DNA from: Psammoneis japonica
Taxonomy: Eukaryota
Reading direction: 5' to 3'
Assembly: GCA_008632985.1 (NCBI GenBank)
Contig: QPGO01000090.1
Span: 186,001-250,000, forward strand
Length of the DNA stretch: 64,000 bases
In this document: positions 35,073-46,299 of the stretch, piece after piece
How positions within the stretch are numbered: the stretch's first letter is position 1
Layout: every line of letters begins with the position of its first letter
Program-made: the position numbers and the translations under genes
Notes under the pieces: model-generated
Seen by the model: only the letters and a program-made list of their open reading frames with translations
Databases searched by the model: none
Told to the model about the DNA's origin: nothing

Positions 35073-36776
35073 CTAGTTAGTATCGGTTATTGTACCACCT
35101 GAGTCTGAGGACTCCCTCAAGAATCCAGTTGTAGTAAGCCGCTGCAGGTCACGCCAGGTGTATTGAGTTTCTGGAGATACAACAGGTTGCATGTCGCGCT
35201 GTCCGAAATCCCACGGTCGCAAAAACGACTCTTCGCCTTGAAGCAATGCAAGCTTTGGTAGCCACTTCTTTACATAGGTACCATCCGCGTCATATTTGAA
35301 GGCCTGTGAAACCGTTCGAAAGTGGCGTTGTTTCGGATCCGGTCCGACTCCCGAAAAATACAACCAGTTGCCCCAATTGGCTCCAACACAGTGATCCTCC
35401 AACAGGAACTGAAACCATTCCGCACCAGCCCTCCAGTCAATACAGAGGTCTTTTGTCAGTACACTAGCCGCATTTTGGCGAACTCGATTAGAACAATAAC
35501 CAGTCGTCCGAAGCTCTGTCATTGCTGCATCAACAAGAGGCAATCCAGTTTTACCCATGGCCCACTTTATCCAAAGCTCATTGTTCGCTTTATCGTTTAG
35601 GCTATTCCATACAACTGGATCTCTTTTGCTCGAAATCGGAATGCCGTCTCGACTATAGAATGAAACGTTAGTCGCCAAGCATGTATACAAGAAGAAGTCC
35701 CTCATGGTCATGTGACTGATAATCCAGTCACAACCTTTCCCATTTGCTTGTGCCTCCTCCACGACTCGTCTCGGACTAAGACACCCAAACGCCAGATATG
35801 GACTGAAATGCGAGCTCTGGTTGTTGCATGTATCAGCCAAGCTCCGTTTCGCACATGCTGCGTGATTGGTGCAAAAATACTGAAGCCTTTTCAATCCGTG
35901 ACTTTCGCCTCCCCGAGGAATCGAGGGGTCAGCCACATCTTTGGAACGCGTCAAAGCAGCCTCGACAACACTGAGAATCTCTTCATGAGAAAACCCTAAA
36001 ATAGGATCCTCCGACTTTGTCATTGGCTCCAATAATTCATGTAGAGTTGGAAGAGCGCCCATGTCAATCTGTGGCAGTGAGATTGATGAGGAGATTTGAT
36101 CGGGCGCAGACAAACAATCCCGTGGCTTGGTCTTTGCTCGAGCTGCTTTTCAAAAATCTCCCATGATTCTACACATCCCTTTCCATCGTTCTGGTGACAC
36201 GTTGACAGCTTTGTCGGATAGGGTTCTTGTCGCATACGAGGCGTTGTCCTTTTTGTTTCGTTTCTTTTTCTGTTTTGGATGAGCGAGTTGATCCCACTCT
36301 TGGCCCGATGTTGGCAAATCATTTGGATGATACAACGTATACTGCATATCCGTGCATATCTCAACGTTGGGACACAAAGTTTGAAATGCTGTTGCGACTC
36401 GTCGCGAAGTTCTGGCTTCATACACACCGGGCTCTTCGTTCCAACACACGCTCGTCGCATCGAGCTGCTTGATCAGTTCCGGGACAACGCTGGCCGGATC
36501 TCCATGACGGACAATCAGAGTGCCCCCAATACATTCCAGATTATTCTTCAAATCCGAGACACTCTCCAGCAGGAATCGACAAGCATGCGGTCCAACATTG
36601 ACAGCGTTCCACCCACGCTTCACAGTGGAGGGCCGCGGAGAAAAGTCGGCGTGATCAAAAACGTATAAAGCAATGATTCGATCTGCTGTATTATACATCC
36701 AATTGTCATGGAGACGAAGGTCCCGCCGATGCCATACCAATCGAAGGCATGCCATAATGACGAATCCTATTCTCAT
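35073..36776 (-). CDS. Cryptochrome/photolyase family protein, CRY-DASH-like (apparent frameshift near 36150)
   Basis: VWHRRDLRLHDN, SSHFSPYLAFGCLSPR, GKTGLPLVDAAMTELRTTGYCSNRVRQNAAS, DWRAGAEWF, NWGNW.Y.SGVG.D. Confidence 0.9.
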
Positions 36777-37047
36777 CGCTCATCGTGTCGGCTCGGCACT
36801 TCATTTTTCTTTGATGATGAGTGATGAGTTTTAGTAAATGAGTCAGTCAGCCAGATCGAGAGCTCAGTCGTGCTTCAACCGGAGAACCAATCCAAATTGA
36901 ATTCGGACAAGCAGATAAAATTTGAATCGAACCATTCAAACAGATTCCAGAATTCAGCTTTTTCGCGACGCGACGAAGACGGCGGCAGATGGCGAATGAC
37001 ACTCTCTGCTTCGCCGCACCGTCACTTTGAATCATTATTGCGCCGCC

Positions 37048-37646
37048 ATGACCATGATGTTGTCTTTGTGTCGAACGTCCGCATCAAGACTGGCTCGTCA
37101 GCAGAGCAGATACCGCCTATTATCCACTACAAAAAAGGCAGTGGAACCCAAAAAGACAGAATATGTTCATCCGCTCAGTCAGATTGTTTTGGAACATTTG
37201 CAAAACAGCAAAAGTGATTGGGTCGTTAGCCAGGGTCTCGATAAGGGATTGGCCTTTCACAGAGACGGCACGTTTGTTTTGAAGTTTCCAACCTACGACG
37301 AGGATGAGTCGAAAATCTGGTAAGTCTCCAAGACGGCGTTTATGGAAGAAAAGATCTCGGATTCTGATGGGTGCCGAATCTTTGCACGAGAATCGATCAT
37401 TCTAACATATATTGTTGACATCCTCGTTTTGTTCTTACATAGGACGAGTTATGATCCAGAGGAAAAGAACATTGGTTAACCGTGCATAAAGCAAACTTGG
37501 TAGGACGGTTCCTTTTGCAAGATAATCTGAAACCTGCATGGCACAGCGACCGCCGAAGTCTGCCGGAAAGAATTCAAGATGCGGTCGACGAAATGATTCA
37601 AAAGATTGACGAAGAAAAGGAAGATTCCGCAAAGGAAGCCAAGTAG
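37048..37646 (+). CDS. Small hypothetical protein with mitochondrial-type presequence; intron 37320-37442
   Basis: MMLSLCRTSASRLARQQSRYRLLST; GTAAG...TAG intron; frame continues to TAG at 37646. Confidence 0.6.
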
Positions 37647-37731
37647 TGAACAAGACAAAACGTCTGATTTAGAGTTGAATGAGTTCATATTTATTGTACA
37701 AATAATAGTAATAACATCATGTTCTCTAGTC

Positions 37732-38547
37732 TTAGCTTGATTCGTCACTCGAGTACTTGATGATATGACATCCCAACAGACCTCGTCCTTCCCATGGTCT
37801 AGGCACGAGTGTTACAGATCGTGCAGGCGCCCCCGGCTGCTGCACCGTGATAGGAATGCCTTGCTGGTCTGCTGCGGCAGCAGGAACTAATTCGCCAATA
37901 GCGGCAAGGTCGCGATGATTGGTGTGGTTGACGGTTCCAAACTGAATCACCAAATCACCTTCCAAAAGCCCAGCTATGGCGGCCGGAGAATTTGCAGCCA
38001 CAGCATTGACCTTACAAAACGGTGGAGTAGTAACCTGAGAAATACGAGTCGCTGACATTGCCGATTGAGCCTCGCTTACAGAAGTGTTGGACTCTTGCTC
38101 GAGATTATCAAAAGATCGTTCATGTCCACCCTTGATACCCGACACTGTCCCATCCCAGTTTTTGACTACCCACTTTCCAGTCACAGGATCTAGCTTGGGT
38201 TTGGGTTTAGGTGCTCTTCGTGCCGCCATTTCAGCCTGATCCTCTTTTTCCGAATCACTCGCAGTCACAAGTCCCTGACTGAGTTGTCTCATGAGATTTG
38301 AATGGTCCGTCTTGATTGCTGCCAATCTACCCCGCAACGTACGAGCTCGATACACATCAATATCTCCACGAGGATACCCATCCCGATCTACCAAGGGCGT
38401 ATCAATGCCCATGGGCTCTCCTCCATCGGGCGGAGTTGCCAAGAGTTCGTCTGTAATGGCAGCAGCTTCAACTTCAAGTACTTTGCGTTGTTCATCCAGC
38501 GCTGCGAGAGCCTTACGGGCCTCCTCTTTTTTACTTTCATCCGACAT
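37732..38547 (-). CDS. PSMD9: 26S proteasome assembly chaperone p27/Nas2
   Basis: GIDTPLVDRDGYPRGDIDVYRARTLR, PDZ-like domain, LVPRPWEGRGLLGCHI. Confidence 0.92.
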   Translation of the reverse strand: MSDESKKEEARKALAALDEQRKVLEVEAAAITDELLATPPDGGEPMGIDTPLVDRDGYPRGDIDVYRARTLRGRLAAIKTDHSNLMRQLSQGLVTASDSEKEDQAEMAARRAPKPKPKLDPVTGKWVVKNWDGTVSGIKGGHERSFDNLEQESNTSVSEAQSAMSATRISQVTTPPFCKVNAVAANSPAAIAGLLEGDLVIQFGTVNHTNHRDLAAIGELVPAAAADQQGIPITVQQPGAPARSVTLVPRPWEGRGLLGCHIIKYSSDESS

Positions 38548-38805
38548 ATCAATATTGTTTGAGCCCTTGCTTTTTGTTAGCTTTTTTATGTGATCTTGAT
38601 GTTGGCATCAAATCCAAAATTCCAAAAAAATCGTCGTGCTTCGTTGATGTTCTGAAAAGTTTAATAGGCTTCCGTGCTCTTTTACCGTCAGTCCATCCAT
38701 GCGTCGTACGTCCATCCACCCACTCCGTTCGCGCGACTTTGTGCGCGTGATTTCTGGCAGCTGTCAATCTGTCACAAAAAACAAAGCGGCATCAAAAATC
38801 TGACC

Positions 38806-40035
38806 ATGACGTGGAAACGACGAAACAGCGGCAGCATCGGCCTAATACTTTTGGCGTGCCTACTTACTACTTCAGTGGCATTTACTCCTTCTTTTCATAG
38901 TCATGCCGTCCTGACACCCCGTCGAAAGTGTTTTCAGAGCCGAAGTTGCAAATGGGCAACGCCTCCGCGTGAGTCAGAGACTGAAATTGCAGTTCCCATA
39001 GCGACTACTACTACAAACAGCAATACAGAAGAAGAAGAACATCATGAGCATCATTTGACTGCACTTGAAGCGGCTGAACGTTCCGTATCACCAGCGTCTT
39101 ACTCGTCCGCTCTTCGCAACACTCTAATTTCCGTGGGAGCCGCGGTCGCCTTTGGTGCTGGCTTGTGGTTTGCAGTAGGCCCCACGACGGGCGAAGAATT
39201 TTTTGCCGGATATCTTTTGGAACAGAGCTTGAGTGTGGACAACCTATTTGTATTTTTGCTCTTGTTTGAGTTCTTCAAAGTCCCACTAGCCTATCGTAAT
39301 CGTGTATTGAACTGGGGCATTTTGGGTGCGGTTGTGATGAGAGCCATCATGATTGGATTGGGAGCGGCCGCGTTGAAAACCTTTCACGGGATTTTACTGG
39401 TCTTTGCCGGTATTTTGATTTACAGTGCAGGACGGGTGCTCTTTGATGTAGAAGATGAAGAGGATGATTTAAACGACAATTTGGTAGTACGGTTTTCTCG
39501 GAGCTTGTTTCCATCTACGGATACATATGACGGAAACAATTTTTTTACAGTGCAGGATGGAATCAAAAAGGCAACACCGCTCTTTATCTGCATGATTGCG
39601 GTAGAACTTAGCGATGTTGTATTTGCTGTCGACAGCATTCCAGCTGTGTTTGGTGTCACCGAGGTGAGTACTCTCATTGTGTATGTGTGGATTTGAAGAA
39701 CAAGAGACGATTTTGTTCTCAACTCGTTCGCTTCCGTCTTTTCCTGATTGCGTTTTAAGAATCCACTTGTTGTCTTTTCGTCCAACATGTTTGCCATTTT
39801 GGGACTGCGTAGCCTTTACACGGTTCTCAGTAAAGCAGCGACTGATCTTGTTTACCTGGAAGAGGCTGTCGCCGTGGTACTCGCTTTTATTGGGAGCAAA
39901 ATGATTGCTGAGTACTTTGGATACATTGTGCCAACCAAGGATGCGTTGGCGGTCGTTGTTATTGTGCTGACGATTGGTGTAGTTTCGTCCATTTACGCCA
40001 AACGACATCACAATGAGACTAATGAAGACTTGTAG
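38806..40035 (+). CDS. terC: TerC/Alx-family thylakoid membrane protein; intron ~39664-39759
   Basis: EFFAGYLLEQSLSVDNLFVF, ELSDVVFAVDSIPAVFGVT, SSNMFAILGLRSLY; signal peptide plus VAF motif. Confidence 0.92.
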
Positions 40036-40349
40036 TGTTGGTGCATTATTGACAGAGACTTGCTGGCAACGAGATTGCCCACCTTGACGTTTTACTTGAC
40101 CCAGGTAGTTAACGTACGGCAGTTTTGGTCAGTTCAACAAGGTAGTTGGACTTTTCTGGGGACAAAACTTCAAGGAAAGGGGCGCTCAGCAATACCGGTA
40201 CGTGACTAGAGTGGTCGAAGATGGACCGAAACACGAAAAGAGATCTTCTGCTCGAAAGCTTGTCGCAAGGCACCGCACAGAGATTCGATAGGGTGAGTTC
40301 AGCTCCTTGTAATCAAAATATAGTATCCTGATTAGTAACTGCAACTGAT

Positions 40350-41336
40350 CTAATCTACAAGTGCAGTTGGAGAATGCGCAAGAGTAGCGTTCCATTCAGC
40401 ATGCTGCCACATTGCTCCCGACTCTGTTGAAATCGAAGACCGAGGTTGCCATTTGCAGGATTTGCCAGCCAGATGCCAGTCTGACCACGACGTGAAATTC
40501 CTTGACGGTGAAAGCACATTCACAGACAGCTGCCACGACGGTGGATAATTCTTTCTGGAATGCATGCCGTAGTTTTCGAGACAGGACCCGACAATCACAT
40601 TGCTGTAGATTGATTCACTCCACCTTCTGGTCGACTCCACTAAACCCATGAAGGGTCTATCTGCAATCACCAGTGACGTTCGAGCTGGTGGAGAAATATC
40701 ATTGTTTTCTCCTACGACACTCATTCTTAAATGCCACTGCCAGCCTACAAGCTCAATTGTAGTCTCGACAATTTCACCCGGCTCTACTGGCACTAGCTTT
40801 CCAGTGGCGGCGTGTCCAATCCAAGTTTCCGGGCGGCAATCAAAAGTACCATTTGCTACTTTTGGACACGTCCCCATAAAGTATTGTGCTCCAATATGCC
40901 ATTTTTCGAGCTGAATCCACTGAGGAACATAGTGGGGATGATTGGTGGAATTGGCCAGAGCGTTTCCAAGCATCAATTGAGGGACCAACTGGTTCATGTA
41001 GCCTCCGGCAGGTTGAGGTCCACCCCAGTAAATATTCAGATAGTCGTAATAAGTGGTCTCGACCAAGTCATATTCTTTTGGAAGATCCGGAACTTCAAAA
41101 TAGGACTGGAACAGTACTCCTTGTTGTCTACCAATTGGGTAGCTGCGACCTGGGCCGACGCAAATCGCACCTCCGTGGCAAGGCTTGCTGCGTAAGAACT
41201 TTTTGTCTTTTTTACCAGGAGGCAATCGATTTCCAACGATTTTGGAAAAGACATCGTGCTCAGCTTGAATGGAGAGGTCGACAAGGAGTGTCCAAACAAG
41301 GCCAACAGCGATAAAACAATTGAAAAAACGTGCCAT
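40350..41336 (-). CDS. Secreted hypothetical protein
   Basis: 328-aa ORF with signal peptide; beta-rich and aromatic; no family recognised with certainty. Confidence 0.65.
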   Translation of the reverse strand: MARFFNCFIAVGLVWTLLVDLSIQAEHDVFSKIVGNRLPPGKKDKKFLRSKPCHGGAICVGPGRSYPIGRQQGVLFQSYFEVPDLPKEYDLVETTYYDYLNIYWGGPQPAGGYMNQLVPQLMLGNALANSTNHPHYVPQWIQLEKWHIGAQYFMGTCPKVANGTFDCRPETWIGHAATGKLVPVEPGEIVETTIELVGWQWHLRMSVVGENNDISPPARTSLVIADRPFMGLVESTRRWSESIYSNVIVGSCLENYGMHSRKNYPPSWQLSVNVLSPSRNFTSWSDWHLAGKSCKWQPRSSISTESGAMWQHAEWNATLAHSPTALVD

Positions 41337-41449
41337 GATTGATAGAAAAAATGTTGTGAGAAAGCTGTTCGCAGCTACCGTAACGACCTATCTTGTTCAA
41401 GAGAGGCGATTGTGCTTTTCTATCAGCATTTGGCAGTTAGTAAGGGGCC

Positions 41450-41630
41450 CTCTACTAGCTACTAGAGAGCTAGCTCTAGCTACTAGAGTTAGTTAGTTAC
41501 CAGGTAGTTTAGTTATTTCTACTCTCTTTACTGTCTCTCTACTAGCTAGTAGCTAGCTCTAGAGGAGAGAGCTCTCTAGAGAGTAGAATAGTTGCTATTA
41601 CTACTCTAGAGTAGAGAGTTACTGTAGTCT
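41450..41630. repeat. CTAG/TAG/GAGA-rich low-complexity intergenic tract
   Basis: ctactagctactagagagctagctctagctactagagttagttagttac...ctagctagtagctagctctagaggagagagctctctagagagtag. Confidence 0.75.
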
Positions 41631-41861
41631 TTAGTCTGAACCCGCAGATAAGGCAAAACGTGTATTGCTTCACCGCAGTGGTCATCGCTGATAGCATTCT
41701 TCAATAACAGGTGGATGATCGAGGTATTGCAAAGAGCAATACGAGTTGGGTCCCAGCAGCCGGCAGGGTATGCATGGCGTTGCTTGATTTTCGAACTAAC
41801 TTCTTGTCTTAACTTCTACCTTACTTGATACTTTTCCCAACTGTGTTCATGCTAAAAAATT

Positions 41862-44800
41862 CTAACAAAGTGGTACCTTCACTTTGTTCAACATTTCGAG
41901 CATCTTGTAAATGGCCACCTGGCACCTGCCAACGCTGTTCTTCCACTTTTTGGCCTTACGATTTGCCTTGGCAACTCCCAAGTTCGTGTCGAGTACATTG
42001 CCTAGGAACGCCTCGTCAAGGATACCCTTGCCTCGGTATGCGCTGATAGCATCTTCTAGTAGCGTAATGGCACAGCTACTTGCAAGTCTGCCAACATTAT
42101 TGGAGAATTCAGGGGCGGTCTCTCTGAGTTCTTCGTTCAATCTCAGGGCTTCTTTGAGACTGCTGAGTGACTTGCTCAACCGGCGGTTCTTCTTTATTAA
42201 CGTTTTTGAGGACAATGCCTGGCGTTTCGATTTCAAGAAGATGGCCTTGTCGTCACCGTTACTGTTGAAACCTGCCCCATAGAGTCCTGACACCTTGGCT
42301 ACGCAGGCAGAGTAAGCACACGTGACGTCTTTGAAGTTCCCCGGAAACGGCTCACGCTTATTGGTGTCGAATGAAACTGTCGTACAATCCCGAAAGATAG
42401 TTTTGTCAGGGCCGCGAACCTTGGCACATACCTTGACTTTTGCAGCCGTACCTGCAATGCCATGGCAGGTGAGGACAGGATTGAGGGCTTCGTTATCGTT
42501 AAAGGAGCACTTGCCATTGTCGACAGTCCAACGAAACCGAGCTCCTTCAAAGGCGGTGACCTTGTTAAGATGAATCGGTACATCTTGACTACCACTGTAG
42601 GGTCCCCCCAGCTGGAGCTCAGGAAAACACTCCAGGTCAGGGAATTCACTGCCACGGAACGTCCAGACATCATTATCCCACAGTTTTTTCATCCGACCTG
42701 GCATTTTATCCTCATCAATAATCTTGACCCCACTGTTGCCGCCGGGGGAGTTGCCTATCGAGGGATTCATGGTACAGAAGTTAGTGCGGAAGGATCCAAC
42801 CTGTCCGTCACGGAAGCCCACCAGACCACCCACTTTCCTATCCGCTCCACCTGTAACTGAGCCAGTTGCAAAGTTACCCTCTACGGCACCATAGCCCTGC
42901 TTACCAATGAGCCCGCCACCGGCACTTCCATTAGAGTTCACGTCACCTCGGGAGAAGCTATTTCTTATGGAGTAACGATGAAATGCCTCTCCGACCAGAC
43001 CACCTGCATTCTTTCCTTTGACACTGCCTGTCGCAAAGCAATTGCTTATGTCTGAAGCAGTGAGCGAACCGACCAATCCACCAAAATAGTCACCTTCCTT
43101 CCCAGATGAAACCATAACGTCATTGGCGCTGCATTCTTCCATACGACCACTTCCAAATCCACCCACTAGGCCACCGATGCGACCAAAATAATCGCGCTCG
43201 TTGTCAAACAGGCCACTGACTCTTCCACCAGTTGCGTGGCAACATGATAAGCCCGTCTCGTCCGCATTTCCCATAACCGCACCGACAAAGCTCAATGCGG
43301 ATACAGTTGGACGCCGGATGAATACATTTCGGATTTCAGTCTGGTAAGCCTTTCCAACGGCTCCACCAACTGCGCTGATACCTCTCACGGTTGGGCTATT
43401 GATAACGACATTGTGGATACTTGTGCTTTGCCCAGAACAATGTCCGACAAGTGCCCCAACATCATAAGTTCCCGTCACATTCGGTTTGTCGAGAACGAGG
43501 TTACGAATCTCTGCATTGACGCTGATGCTTCCAAACAAACCCTGCCCAAACCCTTCGCCTTCGTACTTGATGAACAAATCACGAATCGCAAAACCGTTAC
43601 CATCGAATGTTCCAGTAAACTCGTTCACATAAAGCTCGCCGATAGGAACAAAATTATGGTTGGAAGGAGCTTGGATATCATTGGTTAGAATGTAACTTTT
43701 GTCCAGACCACTTTTGGAGATACTTTGCAGGTCTTCATACGTAGATACCTTGCACGGCTTGTTGCCTTCTGTCCCACAATCATCCTCAAACCTAATGGCT
43801 ACAGTCGTACAGTCCTCCACTGTTTGATCGTCATACGATGAAGTCACGCAAACCCCAACGGAAATGATGCCCGCGACGCTCGAAATATCACGGCAGGTGA
43901 GAATTGGATGAAGAACTTGGGCATCAACGAACGCGCACTTGTCATTATCGACCGACCAATAGATGTCTGATGCTGTAGAGGTGGCTTGATCCAGTGGAAT
44001 CTCTGCACCTTCATTCCCATTATACGGCCCTCCAGCACTAACCACGGGCTTATGTGAAGTTACAATTGCCACGTTGGTACAATCACGGAAAATTGTGCTG
44101 TTGGCAAAACTGGCCCTTCTACACGCGAAAACGGAAGCGCCCGACATTTTGTCCATGCCACTGCAGGTGAGGACTGGAGCAACGGCTTTCTCATCGCTGA
44201 ATACACAAATGTCGCTATCGATTGTCCACAGGTAGCTGGCTCCATAAATTGATACGCCATCTAGCGGGATTGGCTTGTTTAGAGACCTGGTTGTCAAGTC
44301 GACGCGTCTACAATCCTCAAACATATCCACATGCGTAGCACTGACTTTAACGCATGCTTTGATATTGCTGGTCTCTACCTCAGTGCCACTGCAGGTTAGC
44401 ATCGGATGAACGCTCTTTGCATCACTGAAGGCACACTTGTCACTATCAACCGTCCATTGGTAATTGGCTTCATCAAGTGAAAGAGATTCACTCAAATGAA
44501 GAGGCGCATCTGGCTTACCGAAGTATGGCCCACCAGCCACGTTCTTTGGAAAGCTCTGGAGACTTGGATAACTGTTTTCTGGGAATACCCATTTGCCGTC
44601 ATCCCATCCTGACATGGGCTTATTATCTCCATCTTGAAAGTATTCTGGATCTGGAACAACCTCGACTTGGTCGTTCTCGGTCTTAGAGTTACCAATTGCA
44701 GGATGCAAGGTGCAATAGTTTTCTTTCAGTACAAGAGGACGCGACGGCACCCGTGTGCCGATCAGACCACCAACTTTCGCTTCGTCGGCTCGGCGGAGCG

Positions 44801-45740
44801 AACCGGTCGCAAAACAGCTCTCTACAAAATTCTCATATCCAGCTTCAGTGCCAATCAAGCCACCTCCCACTCCACTGCCAGACACATTAATGTCACTACG
44901 AGCATAGCTGTTTGATATTGCTTCATATTCCAGGTTGCCAACCAGACCACCGGCACTCTTGCAACCAGTAACGCTGCATGCAGCATAGCTGTTGTTGAGT
45001 TTTTCGCCATGTAGCGAGCCAATCAAGCCACCGCACTTCTTTGCTTCGTTCCCATTGACCTTGACATATTCTGCACTGCATTCGTCAATGAAGCTGCCGA
45101 AGGATGTTCCGATAAGTCCACCGACATCCGACTTTCCAGTAACCATTCCACCGCGGACGTGGCATGCCGTAATTCGAGGCTGAGTGCCGATCCGTTCCCC
45201 GCTGCTTGCATCACCCACAAGTCCGCCGACAGAGCCCTTCAAGGCTTCAACTTGGGGGTTTTCAACCACGATATTATGGATTCTAGGCCGGAGGTTGGTA
45301 TCATGACCCCACGTTGTGCCGACAAGTGCGCCGACACCAGATCGGCCTCTCACACGTGGGTTCTTGAGAATCAAGTTGCGGATTTGCGCATTGTCAAAGA
45401 CGCTCCCGAAAAGTGCCATATTACTATTGCTGCTATAATCAATATTCAGATCACTTATGGAATGACCGTTTCCCTCAAAAAGTCCTCTGAAAGAGCGAAT
45501 AGGGAAAAAGTTATCTCCTGCGGCGACTTTGATGTCATTCATCAAAATGTAGTTCTTTGTTAAGGATTCGCCGGAAAGACTTTTCAGATCTGTGTATGTG
45601 TGTATCTCGCAGGGACTAGTGGATTCTGTCCCACAGTCCTCGGTGAATTTCGCCATTGCGCGTAGCATCATGCGGCTGCTCATCAACAACCAGCATGCTC
45701 TAACAATGCTGCGCACTCCACGGTAAGTCATGCTGGTCAC
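41862..45740 (-). CDS. Large intronless GLUG-motif/beta-helical surface protein with two duplicated modules and Cys-containing GGPY repeats
   Basis: 1292 aa; FxEDCGTE..PC...TY.DL...YIL.NDI...F.G.F.GNG..I.DL.I occurs twice; many VGGLVG repeats; about 4 units of GGPY..W.VD..KC.F.D...P.LTC. Confidence 0.8.
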   Translation of the reverse strand: MTSMTYRGVRSIVRACWLLMSSRMMLRAMAKFTEDCGTESTSPCEIHTYTDLKSLSGESLTKNYILMNDIKVAAGDNFFPIRSFRGLFEGNGHSISDLNIDYSSNSNMALFGSVFDNAQIRNLILKNPRVRGRSGVGALVGTTWGHDTNLRPRIHNIVVENPQVEALKGSVGGLVGDASSGERIGTQPRITACHVRGGMVTGKSDVGGLIGTSFGSFIDECSAEYVKVNGNEAKKCGGLIGSLHGEKLNNSYAACSVTGCKSAGGLVGNLEYEAISNSYARSDINVSGSGVGGGLIGTEAGYENFVESCFATGSLRRADEAKVGGLIGTRVPSRPLVLKENYCTLHPAIGNSKTENDQVEVVPDPEYFQDGDNKPMSGWDDGKWVFPENSYPSLQSFPKNVAGGPYFGKPDAPLHLSESLSLDEANYQWTVDSDKCAFSDAKSVHPMLTCSGTEVETSNIKACVKVSATHVDMFEDCRRVDLTTRSLNKPIPLDGVSIYGASYLWTIDSDICVFSDEKAVAPVLTCSGMDKMSGASVFACRRASFANSTIFRDCTNVAIVTSHKPVVSAGGPYNGNEGAEIPLDQATSTASDIYWSVDNDKCAFVDAQVLHPILTCRDISSVAGIISVGVCVTSSYDDQTVEDCTTVAIRFEDDCGTEGNKPCKVSTYEDLQSISKSGLDKSYILTNDIQAPSNHNFVPIGELYVNEFTGTFDGNGFAIRDLFIKYEGEGFGQGLFGSISVNAEIRNLVLDKPNVTGTYDVGALVGHCSGQSTSIHNVVINSPTVRGISAVGGAVGKAYQTEIRNVFIRRPTVSALSFVGAVMGNADETGLSCCHATGGRVSGLFDNERDYFGRIGGLVGGFGSGRMEECSANDVMVSSGKEGDYFGGLVGSLTASDISNCFATGSVKGKNAGGLVGEAFHRYSIRNSFSRGDVNSNGSAGGGLIGKQGYGAVEGNFATGSVTGGADRKVGGLVGFRDGQVGSFRTNFCTMNPSIGNSPGGNSGVKIIDEDKMPGRMKKLWDNDVWTFRGSEFPDLECFPELQLGGPYSGSQDVPIHLNKVTAFEGARFRWTVDNGKCSFNDNEALNPVLTCHGIAGTAAKVKVCAKVRGPDKTIFRDCTTVSFDTNKREPFPGNFKDVTCAYSACVAKVSGLYGAGFNSNGDDKAIFLKSKRQALSSKTLIKKNRRLSKSLSSLKEALRLNEELRETAPEFSNNVGRLASSCAITLLEDAISAYRGKGILDEAFLGNVLDTNLGVAKANRKAKKWKNSVGRCQVAIYKMLEMLNKVKVPLC

Positions 45741-46299
45741 TTGTTCGAATGTATCGTGTTATCTACTGCGTCAAACTAATCTCTACAGAGAAAAAATGAA
45801 TCAATTGCAAGAGAAAAGAGAGCAGGATAAGATATCTAAGGCATAAAAACACCGTGGAAAGAACAAACGGATTCGACACGGAATTCCGAGATCTTTACGA
45901 CAGCACCGAACGCCACAAACAAAGTGACACGTACGATGCTTCCAACATGAGATAGAGTATCTGTTTCTCTTAACGGCACCACGGATCCAGGATCATCGGT
46001 AAAGCAGCAGCAACCTGTGGTACTCACATCTTTTCAGGGCTGTTCATTCGGCTCTTTGCCTCTATCTCGCTTCGTGTTACAATCTTTGTGTGTGTGAAAA
46101 AAATCCAAAATGTTGAGGTCGGTCTTTTTTGTCACAGGGGCAGTATCAATCCGCGACACGAGATCCGCGAACCATCAAACATTTAACGAAATCTTCAATA
46201 AGTACCTGCAGTGTTGTGTTGATGGATGACTTATTGGTCATTTCTTCATAAATGACAGTACATACAGTAATGGTTATTTTACTTTACCTTGGATGCGGA

